A DNA stretch of 64,000 bases from Patescibacteria group bacterium (GCA_004297735.1 SCTI01000002.1:128160-192159); one strand, 5' to 3'; positions 9,262 through 18,355 are shown, counted from the stretch's first letter. Notes: generated by a model from the letters alone, not told the origin. A program made the numbers and translations.

Positions 9262-11592
9262 CTACCGCAGTTGGGCGTTAAACCGCTTTTTTAAGCGATT
9301 CTGAACGTTCTCTACCTCCGCCGCCACCTCAGCTTCGGTCAGGGTGCGATCGTCGCGCACCAGCTGAATACGCAGAGTTAACGACTTTTTGTCTGCCGGC
9401 AGGTCACTACCATAGTAGTCGCCGACAAAGCTAATGCGAGCATCCTTAAGCCCGGACTCTACCTCATCCTTGACCTGCTGCCAGGTAATATCACGATCAA
9501 GCAGCAGCGTCACATCACGCTCTACGCTCTGAAACCGACTCTGCATCCGATAAGTTTTGGTTTGAGCCTGAGCTACCACCGTATCCCAGCTGAGCTCCAT
9601 GTAGCCTACCTCGCCCTTCAACTTGTACTGCTGCACTAGACTCGGATGAAGTTGACCAATCAGACCGGCCAACTTGCCATTAACCATGACCTCGCCCGAC
9701 CGAGTTGGATGCGCAATATGCTTATCGTAAACCTTTGGCCGAACCACAACCGCAACATTGAACTCGCGCGCTAAACGGTCGAGCGCCGCCTTAACGCTAG
9801 CGTAGCCACCAGTCGGCCCAACCGTCATAACACCTAGCACCTGGGTCTCGGTTGGCAGCTTACCCTCACCTTGCTTAAAGTAGGCCTTTGAAATCTCAAA
9901 AATACCGTAACTTTTAGCGTAGGTTCGATTGCGCGCCATGGTGTTGAGATGGCTTGGCAGCAGGGTTTCGCGCAAGTAGGCCTGCTCGCTACTGAGCGGG
10001 TTCTGCAGCTTTAAAAAGTCCTTGGCATCCCAGCCCAGGCGCGCAATATCATCCTTGCTAATAAACGAGTAGGTCACCACCTCAAACAAGCCCAAAGATA
10101 GCAGTACCGCCTTAGCCTGCCACAGCTGGTTCCAGCGATTATCAAAGCTGGCTTTAGCGGGCCGCCAAGCCGGGATGGTAGCCGGCAGCTTATCGTAGCC
10201 GACCAGCTTGATCACCTCCTCGGCCAGATCCTCCTCCATGGTTACATCTGGCCGCCACCATGGTACCGATACGCTAACCGCGCCTTTAGTGCCTTCTTTT
10301 GCGCCAAAAAGCAGCTTAGCTAGTTCGGTGGTGACTTCCTTGGGCTTGAGGTTAAGACCCAGAAACGAGTTGATCCGCTCGGGGCTGGCTGTGACTACGG
10401 TTTGGGTCGGTTGCTGTTCGATAATATCGACTGGCTCACCTACCACTTCGGCATCGACCAGCTCACTCAGGAGCTTAACGGCAGCGTTTAGAGCGCGCGG
10501 CTGCAAATCAACTGGAATACCACGCTCAAACCGAGCTGAGGCATCGGTTCTTAGGCCGTGGCGAATGGCGGTCTTGCGCAAGCTGGCCGGATGGAAGCTG
10601 GCCGCCTCCAGCAGGATCTCGGTGGTACTGTCGTCGATTTCAGAGTTGCCTCCACCCATCACTCCGGCAATACCAATCACCTTTTTGGTGTCAGCGATCA
10701 CGATATCGGCTGAGTCAAGCTTGCGCTCCGTGCTATCAAGGGTCGTTAGTGTCTCGCCCTTCTTAGCCAAACGAACCTGAATGTCACCTTCGACCTTGCT
10801 GGCATCAAAGGCATGCAGCGGCTGACCGTACTCCAGCATGATGCAGTTGGTGGCATCAACAATTGGGCTAATTGAGCGCACACCCGCCGCCTGGAGGTGC
10901 TGCACCAGCCACTGCGGTGAACGCTTATCGGTCTTAACCTTAAGGCGAACCAGCATAAACCGGTTGGCCAGCCCCGTCTTGGCGATTGAGGCACCCTTAG
11001 TGGTTGAACTCTTTAATTGTTCAGGGTATTCCAGCTTCAATTTTTGGTCGGTTTGAGCGGCAACCTCACGCGCCACACCAATCACACTGTTGAGGTCCCA
11101 GCGATTAGCAGCGGTTTTTACATCAATCACATCATGTTGCTGAATAATGTTGTTAATTTTACTACTAATCTTGATGTTTGCTGGCAAAACCATGATGCCG
11201 GAGTGGTCGGAGCTCAGGCCCAGCTCAGACTCACTACAAATCATGCCGTGTGAGTGCACCCCTCTCAGCACCGCTTGCTCTATCTTGGTCCCATCAGGTA
11301 GTACCGCTCCGACCTGGGCTACCGGAACCAGCTGCTCCTCTTGAATATTGGGAGCGCCACAAACAATGCTTAGTGTAGATTTTCCTACATCAACCTGCGC
11401 CAGCTTTAACTTATTGGCGTTCGGGTGCGGCTCAAGATCTACAACCTTACCGACCACAATCTTGTCATCAAATGGCTTAGCTAGCAGCACCGCTTCAACC
11501 TCGACACCGGCTAGTTCCATGGCGTCAGCCAAGGCCTGCGTTTTAAGTGACTTGGTTAAAAACTTGTTAACCCACTCGGCTGAAAGCTTCAT
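9262..11592 (-). CDS. pheT: Phenylalanine--tRNA ligase beta subunit
   Basis: HPNANKL, IVCGAPN, SHGMICSESELGL, YGQPLHAFD, RTDASARFERG, C-terminal FDX-ACB domain. Confidence 0.97.
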   Translation of the reverse strand: MKLSAEWVNKFLTKSLKTQALADAMELAGVEVEAVLLAKPFDDKIVVGKVVDLEPHPNANKLKLAQVDVGKSTLSIVCGAPNIQEEQLVPVAQVGAVLPDGTKIEQAVLRGVHSHGMICSESELGLSSDHSGIMVLPANIKISSKINNIIQQHDVIDVKTAANRWDLNSVIGVAREVAAQTDQKLKLEYPEQLKSSTTKGASIAKTGLANRFMLVRLKVKTDKRSPQWLVQHLQAAGVRSISPIVDATNCIMLEYGQPLHAFDASKVEGDIQVRLAKKGETLTTLDSTERKLDSADIVIADTKKVIGIAGVMGGGNSEIDDSTTEILLEAASFHPASLRKTAIRHGLRTDASARFERGIPVDLQPRALNAAVKLLSELVDAEVVGEPVDIIEQQPTQTVVTASPERINSFLGLNLKPKEVTTELAKLLFGAKEGTKGAVSVSVPWWRPDVTMEEDLAEEVIKLVGYDKLPATIPAWRPAKASFDNRWNQLWQAKAVLLSLGLFEVVTYSFISKDDIARLGWDAKDFLKLQNPLSSEQAYLRETLLPSHLNTMARNRTYAKSYGIFEISKAYFKQGEGKLPTETQVLGVMTVGPTGGYASVKAALDRLAREFNVAVVVRPKVYDKHIAHPTRSGEVMVNGKLAGLIGQLHPSLVQQYKLKGEVGYMELSWDTVVAQAQTKTYRMQSRFQSVERDVTLLLDRDITWQQVKDEVESGLKDARISFVGDYYGSDLPADKKSLTLRIQLVRDDRTLTEAEVAAEVENVQNRLKKRFNAQLR

Positions 11593-12605
11593 TAAAAATG
11601 CTCCAAGAAGTTAAGGTTTGGGCGCCAGAACTCGCGCACATCCGGCACGTCATGCTTAATGGCAGCAATTCGCTCCGGGCCAAAACCAAAGGCAAAGCCG
11701 CTGTACTTGGTTGCATCAATGCCAACATTGCGCAGCACTTGGGGGTGAACCATACCGGCGCCACCCAGCTCTAGCCAACCGGTGCCACTACAAGTCTTAC
11801 AGCCCTTACCAGCACAAATAACACAGGTCGCGTCCATCTCGACACCCGGCTCCACGTACGGGAAGTAGTTGGGGCGCAGGCGGACCTGAGTGTTCTCGCC
11901 CAGCAGTCCCTGCATCATGGCCATAAGTGTACCCTTAAGATCGGCCAAGGTGATTCCCTCATCAACCACCAACCCCTCAATCTGGTGGAACATCCAGACG
12001 TGGCGAGCGTCCTCATCCTCGTTGCGATAAACCTTACCTGGTGACACCACTCTAATTGGGGGTTTATTATCCTCCATAAAACGGATTTGCAGGTTAGAGG
12101 TATGGGTTCGCGGCAGGTTCCCACCCTCCAAATAAAAGGTGTCCTGCATGTCGCGGGCCGGATGACCCTCGGGAATGTTGAGCGCCTCAAAGTTGTACCA
12201 CTCGGTTTCGATCTCTGGGCCATCAATCACCTGAAAGCCCATCTGCCAAAACACTTTCACTGCATCATCAATTAAGCTTAGTACCGGATGAGCATGACCC
12301 CACTCGTTCGGCTTATCAACCGGAGCGGTCACGTCAACGGTAATGTTCTTAGCCTCAGCGTCAATCTGAGCGCGCTCAAGGTCTTGCTTGGCCGCGTTTA
12401 GCGCCGCCTCAATCTGCTGGCGCACCTCATTAGCATCGGCGCCGGCCTGCTTGCGCTGCTCTAGTGGGAGCGATCCAACCTCGCGTAATGTTTGCGTTAC
12501 AACACCTTGTCTACCGAGGTACTTTACCCGAGTAGCTTCAAGCTCTTGAGCGCTTGTTGCTTTTTTTACATCGGCAATAATTGCCTTAATATCAAGCTTT
12601 TTCAT
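11592..12605 (-). CDS. pheS: Phenylalanine--tRNA ligase alpha subunit
   Basis: NFEALNIPEGHPARDMQDTFY, RTHTS, FHQIEGL, YFPYVEP, GFAFGFGPER. Confidence 0.97.
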   Translation of the reverse strand: MKKLDIKAIIADVKKATSAQELEATRVKYLGRQGVVTQTLREVGSLPLEQRKQAGADANEVRQQIEAALNAAKQDLERAQIDAEAKNITVDVTAPVDKPNEWGHAHPVLSLIDDAVKVFWQMGFQVIDGPEIETEWYNFEALNIPEGHPARDMQDTFYLEGGNLPRTHTSNLQIRFMEDNKPPIRVVSPGKVYRNEDEDARHVWMFHQIEGLVVDEGITLADLKGTLMAMMQGLLGENTQVRLRPNYFPYVEPGVEMDATCVICAGKGCKTCSGTGWLELGGAGMVHPQVLRNVGIDATKYSGFAFGFGPERIAAIKHDVPDVREFWRPNLNFLEHF

Positions 12606-12970
12606 CGCTTTGCCACCATGTAAAACTCAATCAAGATAACAAACAGCGCCAGCAACAGAACATCTCGTATACTGAGCTGCTGCAAACTGCTCAAGCCCAG
12701 CAAAACTACCACGTAACCACCTAGCAGTAAGCCACGACGGACTGAGTTGGTAATTAACTGGTTTTTACTAGCTTTGGGGCGCAGTTTGCGCTCTGCCACA
12801 AAAGCTGCCACGGCAATCCAGCTAGCGAGGCCCACTAGCAGCGCTACAAACCATAGTGTAACCCCAAAAGGTCCGATTGCTGCCGGAGTGGTCGCTATTA
12901 AAACTAAGCCGCAGATAGCTAATGCGCCTGCTCCGGTTACCGATGCTGTTCCAATGTAGCCCTTGGCCAC
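12602..12970 (-). CDS. Hypothetical membrane protein (about 4 TM helices)
   Basis: Hydrophobic ORF overlapping the pheS start by 4 nt; GAGG before GTG. Confidence 0.75.
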   Translation of the reverse strand: MAKGYIGTASVTGAGALAICGLVLIATTPAAIGPFGVTLWFVALLVGLASWIAVAAFVAERKLRPKASKNQLITNSVRRGLLLGGYVVVLLGLSSLQQLSIRDVLLLALFVILIEFYMVAKR

Positions 12971-13076
12971 GCTTACCTCTCAATCTTTGATACCAATTAT
13001 GGCAAAAAGACCACCAGTAAGCAATTATGTTAAACTGACCGCAAGTGAGAGCACCCCACAACCAAGAGGAGTCGTT

Positions 13077-13874
13077 ATGGCGCGTCCGAAGAATGTACTC
13101 AACGAGGTCGAAGATCTAGACAGGATGCTTGAGGAAAACCAGGCTCGTCGAGCTAAGCTGGTCAAGCAGGTCATTGCGGGTGAAGCAACGCTCGGTGATC
13201 CTTTGAGCGACTTCGTCACCCGCCGACTTGAGGATTACAACGCCCAGATCATCAACCGCTACTTCTACCTACAAGAGCAGTTGGCGGCGCATCAGGGCGA
13301 GCTGGTTTTGATATGTCGCTGCTGGACTGAAGAGGTCACCACGCTACACGGTGGCCCCATCGACGGCAACCAGTCATACACCCACGTTCATACCGATCTA
13401 GTGATCGGCATCATCAAGGGCAAGCGACTGCGTATCGTGGAGGATTCGTTAAGGCTTGGGTTGGCGCGATATGTCGCTCGGATGCCAGCGCCCAGATTCA
13501 ATGATGCTGGATCGGTCAAATGGGAGCTTTTCCAGGGGAGTCTTAACCTCAACCTGGCCTCACACGGCGTAAGAGCTCAGAGTTGGCTGACCAGAAATGA
13601 GTGGGATTGGTCTCTTCCGCTTGATGAGAAAATCAACACCGCTGGATTTCGCGGCAACAGCATGTTCCCCCAAATGAGCACCTTCCCAGAGCAACCGCTC
13701 AAGCTGAGCATCGCTATCGGTGACGAAGCGGTTGACGCCTGGCTCGAAGAGCACAATGCTCTTATGCGAACCACCGGTCTGCAGCTTGAAACTGCCTTTG
13801 GGCTTCTCAAGCGGCCGTTCCCGCCCAATATGGCTGAGGTGCTCGAAAGACGAGCTGAGCGTCAGGGCTACTAA
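13077..13874 (+). CDS. Hypothetical protein (ORFan cassette)
   Basis: GAGGAG Shine-Dalgarno before ATG at 13077; 265 aa; GC hairpin immediately downstream. Confidence 0.7.
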   Translation: MARPKNVLNEVEDLDRMLEENQARRAKLVKQVIAGEATLGDPLSDFVTRRLEDYNAQIINRYFYLQEQLAAHQGELVLICRCWTEEVTTLHGGPIDGNQSYTHVHTDLVIGIIKGKRLRIVEDSLRLGLARYVARMPAPRFNDAGSVKWELFQGSLNLNLASHGVRAQSWLTRNEWDWSLPLDEKINTAGFRGNSMFPQMSTFPEQPLKLSIAIGDEAVDAWLEEHNALMRTTGLQLETAFGLLKRPFPPNMAEVLERRAERQGY

Positions 13875-13935
13875 ACGACCCCTCAGGGCTTCCCTAACGG
13901 AGGCCCTGAAACCGTAATTATTAAATTTTGGCACG

Positions 13936-13960
13936 AAAAAGCACCCGGCACGGGTGCTTT
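13936..13960 (-). terminator. Intrinsic terminator closing the 430-nt RNA (possibly bidirectional)
   Basis: Minus strand GCACCCG-TGC-CGGGTGC-TTTTT. Confidence 0.75.
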
Positions 13961-14365
13961 GATAAATGCAACGTGTCGGGGCGACTAGGATCCGCCCAAA
14001 AGTATTACTTAGTTGGCGCCTGTCGCCCCGTTAGTAACCTTATGCTCTGAGTTAAGTTTTGGAGCACAAAGAAACTATTGTACTGATTGTCGTGGTAAGG
14101 AAAACTACGACAAAAGGTGCAATCACTACCATCTTTGTGGTATCTGAGATAGCTTCTGACCACGACGACATGATCGCGACCAAAACCTATCTCAGATCCG
14201 GCAAAGTGTTACCAACGATGTAACTCTTCTCAAACAGTAGGACCAGTCCGGAATTAGAAAGCAAGGGGGATACTCCTAAGTCCGGGCTGGTCCCACCGTG
14301 GATGGTGTGACAAAAAACGAGGTGCAATTGGTTTTCAAGGTTTGTCGGTCCAATAGTTCCGACTT
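13936..14365 (-). ncRNA. Candidate ~430-nt structured ncRNA, family not recognised
   Basis: Bounded by a promoter (14372-14401) and a terminator; at least five hairpins; no convincing long ORF. Confidence 0.65.
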
Positions 14366-14371
14366 GATCCA

Positions 14372-14401
14372 AGTCTAGCATAAGCACAATAAAAAAGTCA
14401 A
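14372..14401 (-). promoter_or_regulatory. Sigma70-type promoter for the 430-nt RNA
   Basis: TTGACT-18 nt-TAGACT with extended -10 TG. Confidence 0.65.
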
Positions 14402-14471
14402 CACTTACTCAAGAAAAATCTGTAGTAACTTTTACAACTTACACTTCTCTATCTGTAAAAATATCTAGGTT

Positions 14472-15476
14472 TTAGAGCAAGCCGAGGGTCGACTTAACCT
14501 GGGAGAGTTTTTCTTCGGCGATCACGGCGGCCCTTTGCCGGCCGGTTTCTAAAATAGCCAATAATTGCTCGGTATCGCTCATTAACTCGTCATGACGCCG
14601 CTGGATTGGCTCTATGTGTTCAACCACCGCGTCAGCGAGACCGCTCTTAAAGTCGCCATAGCCCTTGCCGGCGTACTCCTGCTCAATCGCGGACACCTTG
14701 CGGCCAGTAATGGCCGAGTAAATTTCGAGCAGGTTGGTGATGGCCGGCTTGCTCTCACCCCCCTTTACCTCGCTGCCAGAGTCGGTCACCGCTCGCTTAA
14801 TCTTGGTGCGCATCTCCTCAGGCGAGTCGGTTAGCAAAATGTTGCCCGACTGATCATCGTCGCTCTTACTCATCTTGCGGCTTGGATCCTGTAGGTTCAT
14901 GATGCGCGCGCCAGCCACCGGCTTGGTAGCTTTTGGTAGCACAAAGGTTTCGCCGTACAGGTTGTTAAAACGCTGAGCGATATCGCGGGCCAGCTCAACG
15001 TGCTGAGTCTGGTCGTCACCAACCGGCACCTCGTTGGCGTCATACAACAGAATATCGGCGGCCATCAGCGCTGGATAGGTAAACATACCGACGAGCTGAC
15101 CTTCGGCTCCACCCTTCTTGGACTTATCCTTAAATTGGGTCTGCCGATTCAGCTCACCCATGGTTACGTAGTTGTTAAAAATCCAGGCAAGCTCACTGTG
15201 GGCTGGGATCTGCGACTGGACGTACAGCGTTACCTTGGCTGGATCCAAGCCAGCGGCAATAAACCAGGCCGCGTTCGACAGCGTGTTGGTACGCAACTCG
15301 GTTGGGTCAGGGCGGCCAACCAAGCTATGCAGGGTGGGGATGAAAAAGAAGTACTCGGTGTCCTGTGGCGAGCCAGCGTCAGCTGGCTGCAGCGCCACCC
15401 ACGGCTTGAGGGCGCCAAGATAATTACCAAGTGTCAGATCGCTATTTGCACGGATGCCAGAAAGAATGCGCTTCAT
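14472..15476 (-). CDS. trpS: Tryptophan--tRNA ligase
   Basis: SGIR...TLGNY, YPALMAADIL, VPVGDDQTQHVELARD, KMSKS. Confidence 0.97.
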   Translation of the reverse strand: MKRILSGIRANSDLTLGNYLGALKPWVALQPADAGSPQDTEYFFFIPTLHSLVGRPDPTELRTNTLSNAAWFIAAGLDPAKVTLYVQSQIPAHSELAWIFNNYVTMGELNRQTQFKDKSKKGGAEGQLVGMFTYPALMAADILLYDANEVPVGDDQTQHVELARDIAQRFNNLYGETFVLPKATKPVAGARIMNLQDPSRKMSKSDDDQSGNILLTDSPEEMRTKIKRAVTDSGSEVKGGESKPAITNLLEIYSAITGRKVSAIEQEYAGKGYGDFKSGLADAVVEHIEPIQRRHDELMSDTEQLLAILETGRQRAAVIAEEKLSQVKSTLGLL

Positions 15477-15485
15477 AAGCCAATA

Positions 15486-16544
15486 TTAGTCGTTTGTGTC
15501 GGGCTTGTCGACCAGAACCGGTTCAATTGCCGGCGTGGTCTCGGCGATCTTAACCACATCTTTATCAACCTTAGCCAGCTCTTTGTAGGCGGTGTTGTAG
15601 TGATTCACGGTGGTGCCAAGCGAGCCACCAAGCTTTTGCATGTAGGTCTCATGCGCTATGAGGTGCTTTCCAAGCTGCCCAACGTGCTTTTGGATATCCT
15701 TTGCCTTTTCTTCGATCTCTAAGCTTCTGAGGCCCTGTAGAACGGTCTGGAGGTAGGCCATGAACGAGGTTGGCGACACAATGATCACCCGCTTGTCGCG
15801 GAAGGCATACTCAATCAAGTCGCGCGCGTTGGTCTGCAGCGTACCAACTTTGTTAATCAGCAGATCATAATATACCGCCTCACTCGGGATGAACATGAAG
15901 GCAAAGTCCATGGTGTCTTCGTCCGGACGGATATACTTACTGGTTTCATCAATGCGCAGTTTCAGATCGCTCTTGATCGCCTTGATCAGCGCATCCTGGC
16001 GCGCCTTATCCTTCTCCTCAACCAAGCGGTTGTAGTTTTCCAGGCTGAACTTGGAGTCGACCGGCAGTAGCTTGCCGCGATCCAACTTAATCACCGCGTC
16101 AACAGTCTCACCGTCCTTAAAGCGGTGTTGCAGGGTGAACCGCTCCGGCGACAGCACGTTTTCAAGCACACTCTGCAAAAAGTACTCGCCCAGCACACCG
16201 CGCTGCTTGGGGTTCTGGAGGGTGTTTTGAAGCAGCTTGAGCTCGTCGGTGATGTTGAGTACTTGCTTATTACTCTCCTTGAGTTGAGTCAGGTCACGCG
16301 TCACCTCGCCAATCAGCTTACTGCTGGCCGCGAACTGCTGACGCACCGCCGACTGCATGGCGTCGTTCGACTTATCCAGACGCTCGTCCATGCGATCAGT
16401 CAGCTTGGCCAGCTGCTCCTGCAGGAGTATGAAGCTTTGATCCGGCTTCTGCTCCTCTGCCTTGGGCTTGCGCTGAGTCACCACAAATGCGGCCGATCCA
16501 ATCACCGCCACCGCTACTATTACCGCTGCTACTATCAGTTCCAT
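15486..16544 (-). CDS. rmuC: DNA recombination protein RmuC
   Basis: N-terminal TM, NPKQRGVLGE, VDSKFSLENY, DFAFMFIPSEAVY, IIVSPT. Confidence 0.92.
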   Translation of the reverse strand: MELIVAAVIVAVAVIGSAAFVVTQRKPKAEEQKPDQSFILLQEQLAKLTDRMDERLDKSNDAMQSAVRQQFAASSKLIGEVTRDLTQLKESNKQVLNITDELKLLQNTLQNPKQRGVLGEYFLQSVLENVLSPERFTLQHRFKDGETVDAVIKLDRGKLLPVDSKFSLENYNRLVEEKDKARQDALIKAIKSDLKLRIDETSKYIRPDEDTMDFAFMFIPSEAVYYDLLINKVGTLQTNARDLIEYAFRDKRVIIVSPTSFMAYLQTVLQGLRSLEIEEKAKDIQKHVGQLGKHLIAHETYMQKLGGSLGTTVNHYNTAYKELAKVDKDVVKIAETTPAIEPVLVDKPDTND

Positions 16545-16663
16545 GTCATTAAGTGTACGGTATTCGTTCGGTTATGTCACGATTTTTGAACTGGAATTTT
16601 TACCATTGCCAGCGCAATCCGGCGGGTGGATAATGCAGGTATTCCCGACCAAAGGAGCACCTT

Positions 16664-16945
16664 TTGAGTGAACCGATCTGCACCAACTGCGGCGCCTACG
16701 ACCCGAACATCTTCAACGCCCCTTGCCCTAACTGCGGACAGGAGCCAGAAGACCAGCGGGCCGAGGTTCTGATTCAGCCCCCTCCTACATCAGAGCCCAC
16801 CCCAGCCGCAAAGTCTCCGCCCAAACCCAAACCCGCCAATTCGCGGCGGCGAAATCCCGGCTGGATCGCAAATGGCTCTCGTAGGGCAGCCTCAGCTCGA
16901 GGCCCGACCCGAGGTGAACGAGGCAGCGACCCGTCCACCCAGTAA
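16664..16945 (+). CDS. Small hypothetical protein with N-terminal CxxC-x10-CxxC zinc ribbon (ORFan cassette)
   Basis: TTGCCA-17-GATAAT promoter, AAGGAG SD, TTG start, downstream hairpin. Confidence 0.6.
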   Translation: MSEPICTNCGAYDPNIFNAPCPNCGQEPEDQRAEVLIQPPPTSEPTPAAKSPPKPKPANSRRRNPGWIANGSRRAASARGPTRGERGSDPSTQ

Positions 16946-17025
16946 CACCCCATTGCATCTTGCATTGGGGTGTTCAGCTCTTATCTAGCCATCAATAACT
17001 CAATGCGGTATCATTCATCTGTTGT

Positions 17026-17102
17026 CGGGGTGTGGCGCAGTTGGCTAGCGCGCAGCATTCGGGTTGCTGAGGTCGGAGGTTCAAGTCCTCTCACCCCGAC
17101 CA
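17026..17102 (+). tRNA. tRNA-Pro(CGG)
   Basis: CGGGGTG...CAGCA-TTCGGGT-TGCTG anticodon arm, GGTTCAAGTCC T-arm, CACCCCG-ACCA. Confidence 0.96.
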
Positions 17103-17241
17103 GCACTTATAATTCTGTCAAAACTGATTGACTTTTAATGCTTCTTATGGTAACATTCGGGAATATTCAGCGGTGTTGTTTATCTGTTGAATAAGCAAAG
17201 CGGCCCCGGCCGCACAACCACAACTGGAGGTAGCCGCCATC

Positions 17242-17508
17242 ATGGCACGCTTCAAGATCGCCGTCCGACTTCTGGATGGCGAGCAGCAGCTCCCGGATCC
17301 CCTCGGTGGGAACGAGCTCACGCGTCGCGTGAGGCCGAACAGCTCAGCCGACCTCACCGAGATGGAGAAGATGGGCCTCACCGGGATCAGCGAGGCTGAG
17401 GCTCGGAAGCTGTTCTTCTCGCAGGTGACCACGACAACCGGCATCGGCTGGATCGAACGGCTCCCCGGGATCCAGCTACTCGGCTCGCGTCAGCTGACGC
17501 CGGCATAG
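17242..17508 (+). CDS. Hypothetical protein (ORFan cassette)
   Basis: TTGACT-17-TAACAT promoter, GGAGG SD, high GC3, downstream GC hairpin at 17532-17565. Confidence 0.7.
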   Translation: MARFKIAVRLLDGEQQLPDPLGGNELTRRVRPNSSADLTEMEKMGLTGISEAEARKLFFSQVTTTTGIGWIERLPGIQLLGSRQLTPA

Positions 17509-17654
17509 CAGTACAACCTCCCACCCACTTTGGGGCCCGTGTTCACGGAAAGAACGCGGGCCCCCTTCACGTTTATATACCTGAAGCCTATCTGGCTTAA
17601 TAATTCTTTAATATCAGCTTGATACTATCCAAAAGTCTGGTGAGTTCGTAGCAG

Positions 17655-17726
17655 GGGGCTACGGCTGGTGCCGCGGGCTGGCCCGCGATCTAGCCCTGTC
17701 GGGTTCGATTCCCGATAGCTCCACCA
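17655..17726 (+). ncRNA. tRNA-Ala-like mini RNA lacking canonical D and anticodon arms
   Basis: GGGGCTA/TAGCTCC acceptor stem (G3.U70), ACCA end, TCGGG-TTCGATT-CCCGA T-arm, single central arm, followed by a terminator. Confidence 0.7.
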
Positions 17727-17734
17727 GACATCAA

Positions 17735-17762
17735 AAAAACAGCAGCGAAAGCTGCTGTTTTT
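17735..17762. terminator. Bidirectional intrinsic terminator
   Basis: AAAAACAGCAGC-GAAA-GCTGCTGTTTTT. Confidence 0.85.
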
Positions 17763-17845
17763 GGTACCAATCCCCCACGTTGCATGAGCAACCCGAGGTC
17801 CGCGAACCATTGGTATGATAATACTAGCCTATCCTAACCCCTTTT

Positions 17846-18355
17846 TCAACCAACAAACCAGAAGGGCTTGGGAATGCCGCGCCGAATCCGGCGGCGGGGT
17901 TTTGGTGGCGCAAAATTGCGTCGAACTATCTCTGGCCAGTTGGCTTTTAGCCACTTTTGCTGATCAAGGTAGAGCTGCTCTAAGCCGCGCTCAGCATACT
18001 CTTTACGCACCACCCCTCCAGCATGCGGATGCTTGTGTAACTGGTCTAAGGGCGAGTTAAAACCGTGTGAGTAATGAATTAGTTCATGCACCAAGGTCGA
18101 CTCAACCACAAAGCTGGGTATGGTTGGATCACGAAAAAGACCGTTCATAGTTATGATGGTGACGTTTGGTTCTTTGGGATCGAGTCGGATTGAACCTAGT
18201 TGGCGCTTAGCCCGTTTACCAAAAACAATCCTCACAATATTGGCTTGAGGCACTTCGCTAAAATAGCGGTCCCAGGTGTCATCGAGCAGCTGCTGCAGCC
18301 ATATTTCGTCTCTAACTTCAATATTGTTGTAATTATTACCTATCTGTTGAGTCAC
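17846..18355 (-). CDS. SprT-like HExxH metalloprotein
   Basis: LVHELIHYSHGF...HPHAGG; overlaps the helicase stop codon. Confidence 0.75.
   Translation of the reverse strand: MTQQIGNNYNNIEVRDEIWLQQLLDDTWDRYFSEVPQANIVRIVFGKRAKRQLGSIRLDPKEPNVTIITMNGLFRDPTIPSFVVESTLVHELIHYSHGFNSPLDQLHKHPHAGGVVRKEYAERGLEQLYLDQQKWLKANWPEIVRRNFAPPKPRRRIRRGIPKPFWFVG

Noticed and set aside
13974-14030. Hairpin CGGGGCG/CGCCCCG-ACA resembling a tRNA-Pro acceptor end or att site
   Set aside because: No T-loop consensus, no CCA and no exact match to either tRNA-Pro 3' end; treated as a stem of the 430-nt RNA.
14187-14387. 66-aa minus-strand ORF
   Set aside because: Its start lies inside the promoter spacer, upstream of the predicted transcription start.
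17699-17726. Possible attL/attR duplicate of the tmRNA 3' end delimiting an island
   Set aside because: Opposite orientation to ssrA, several mismatches, core genes in between and no integrase; it also has its own matching 5' acceptor strand.
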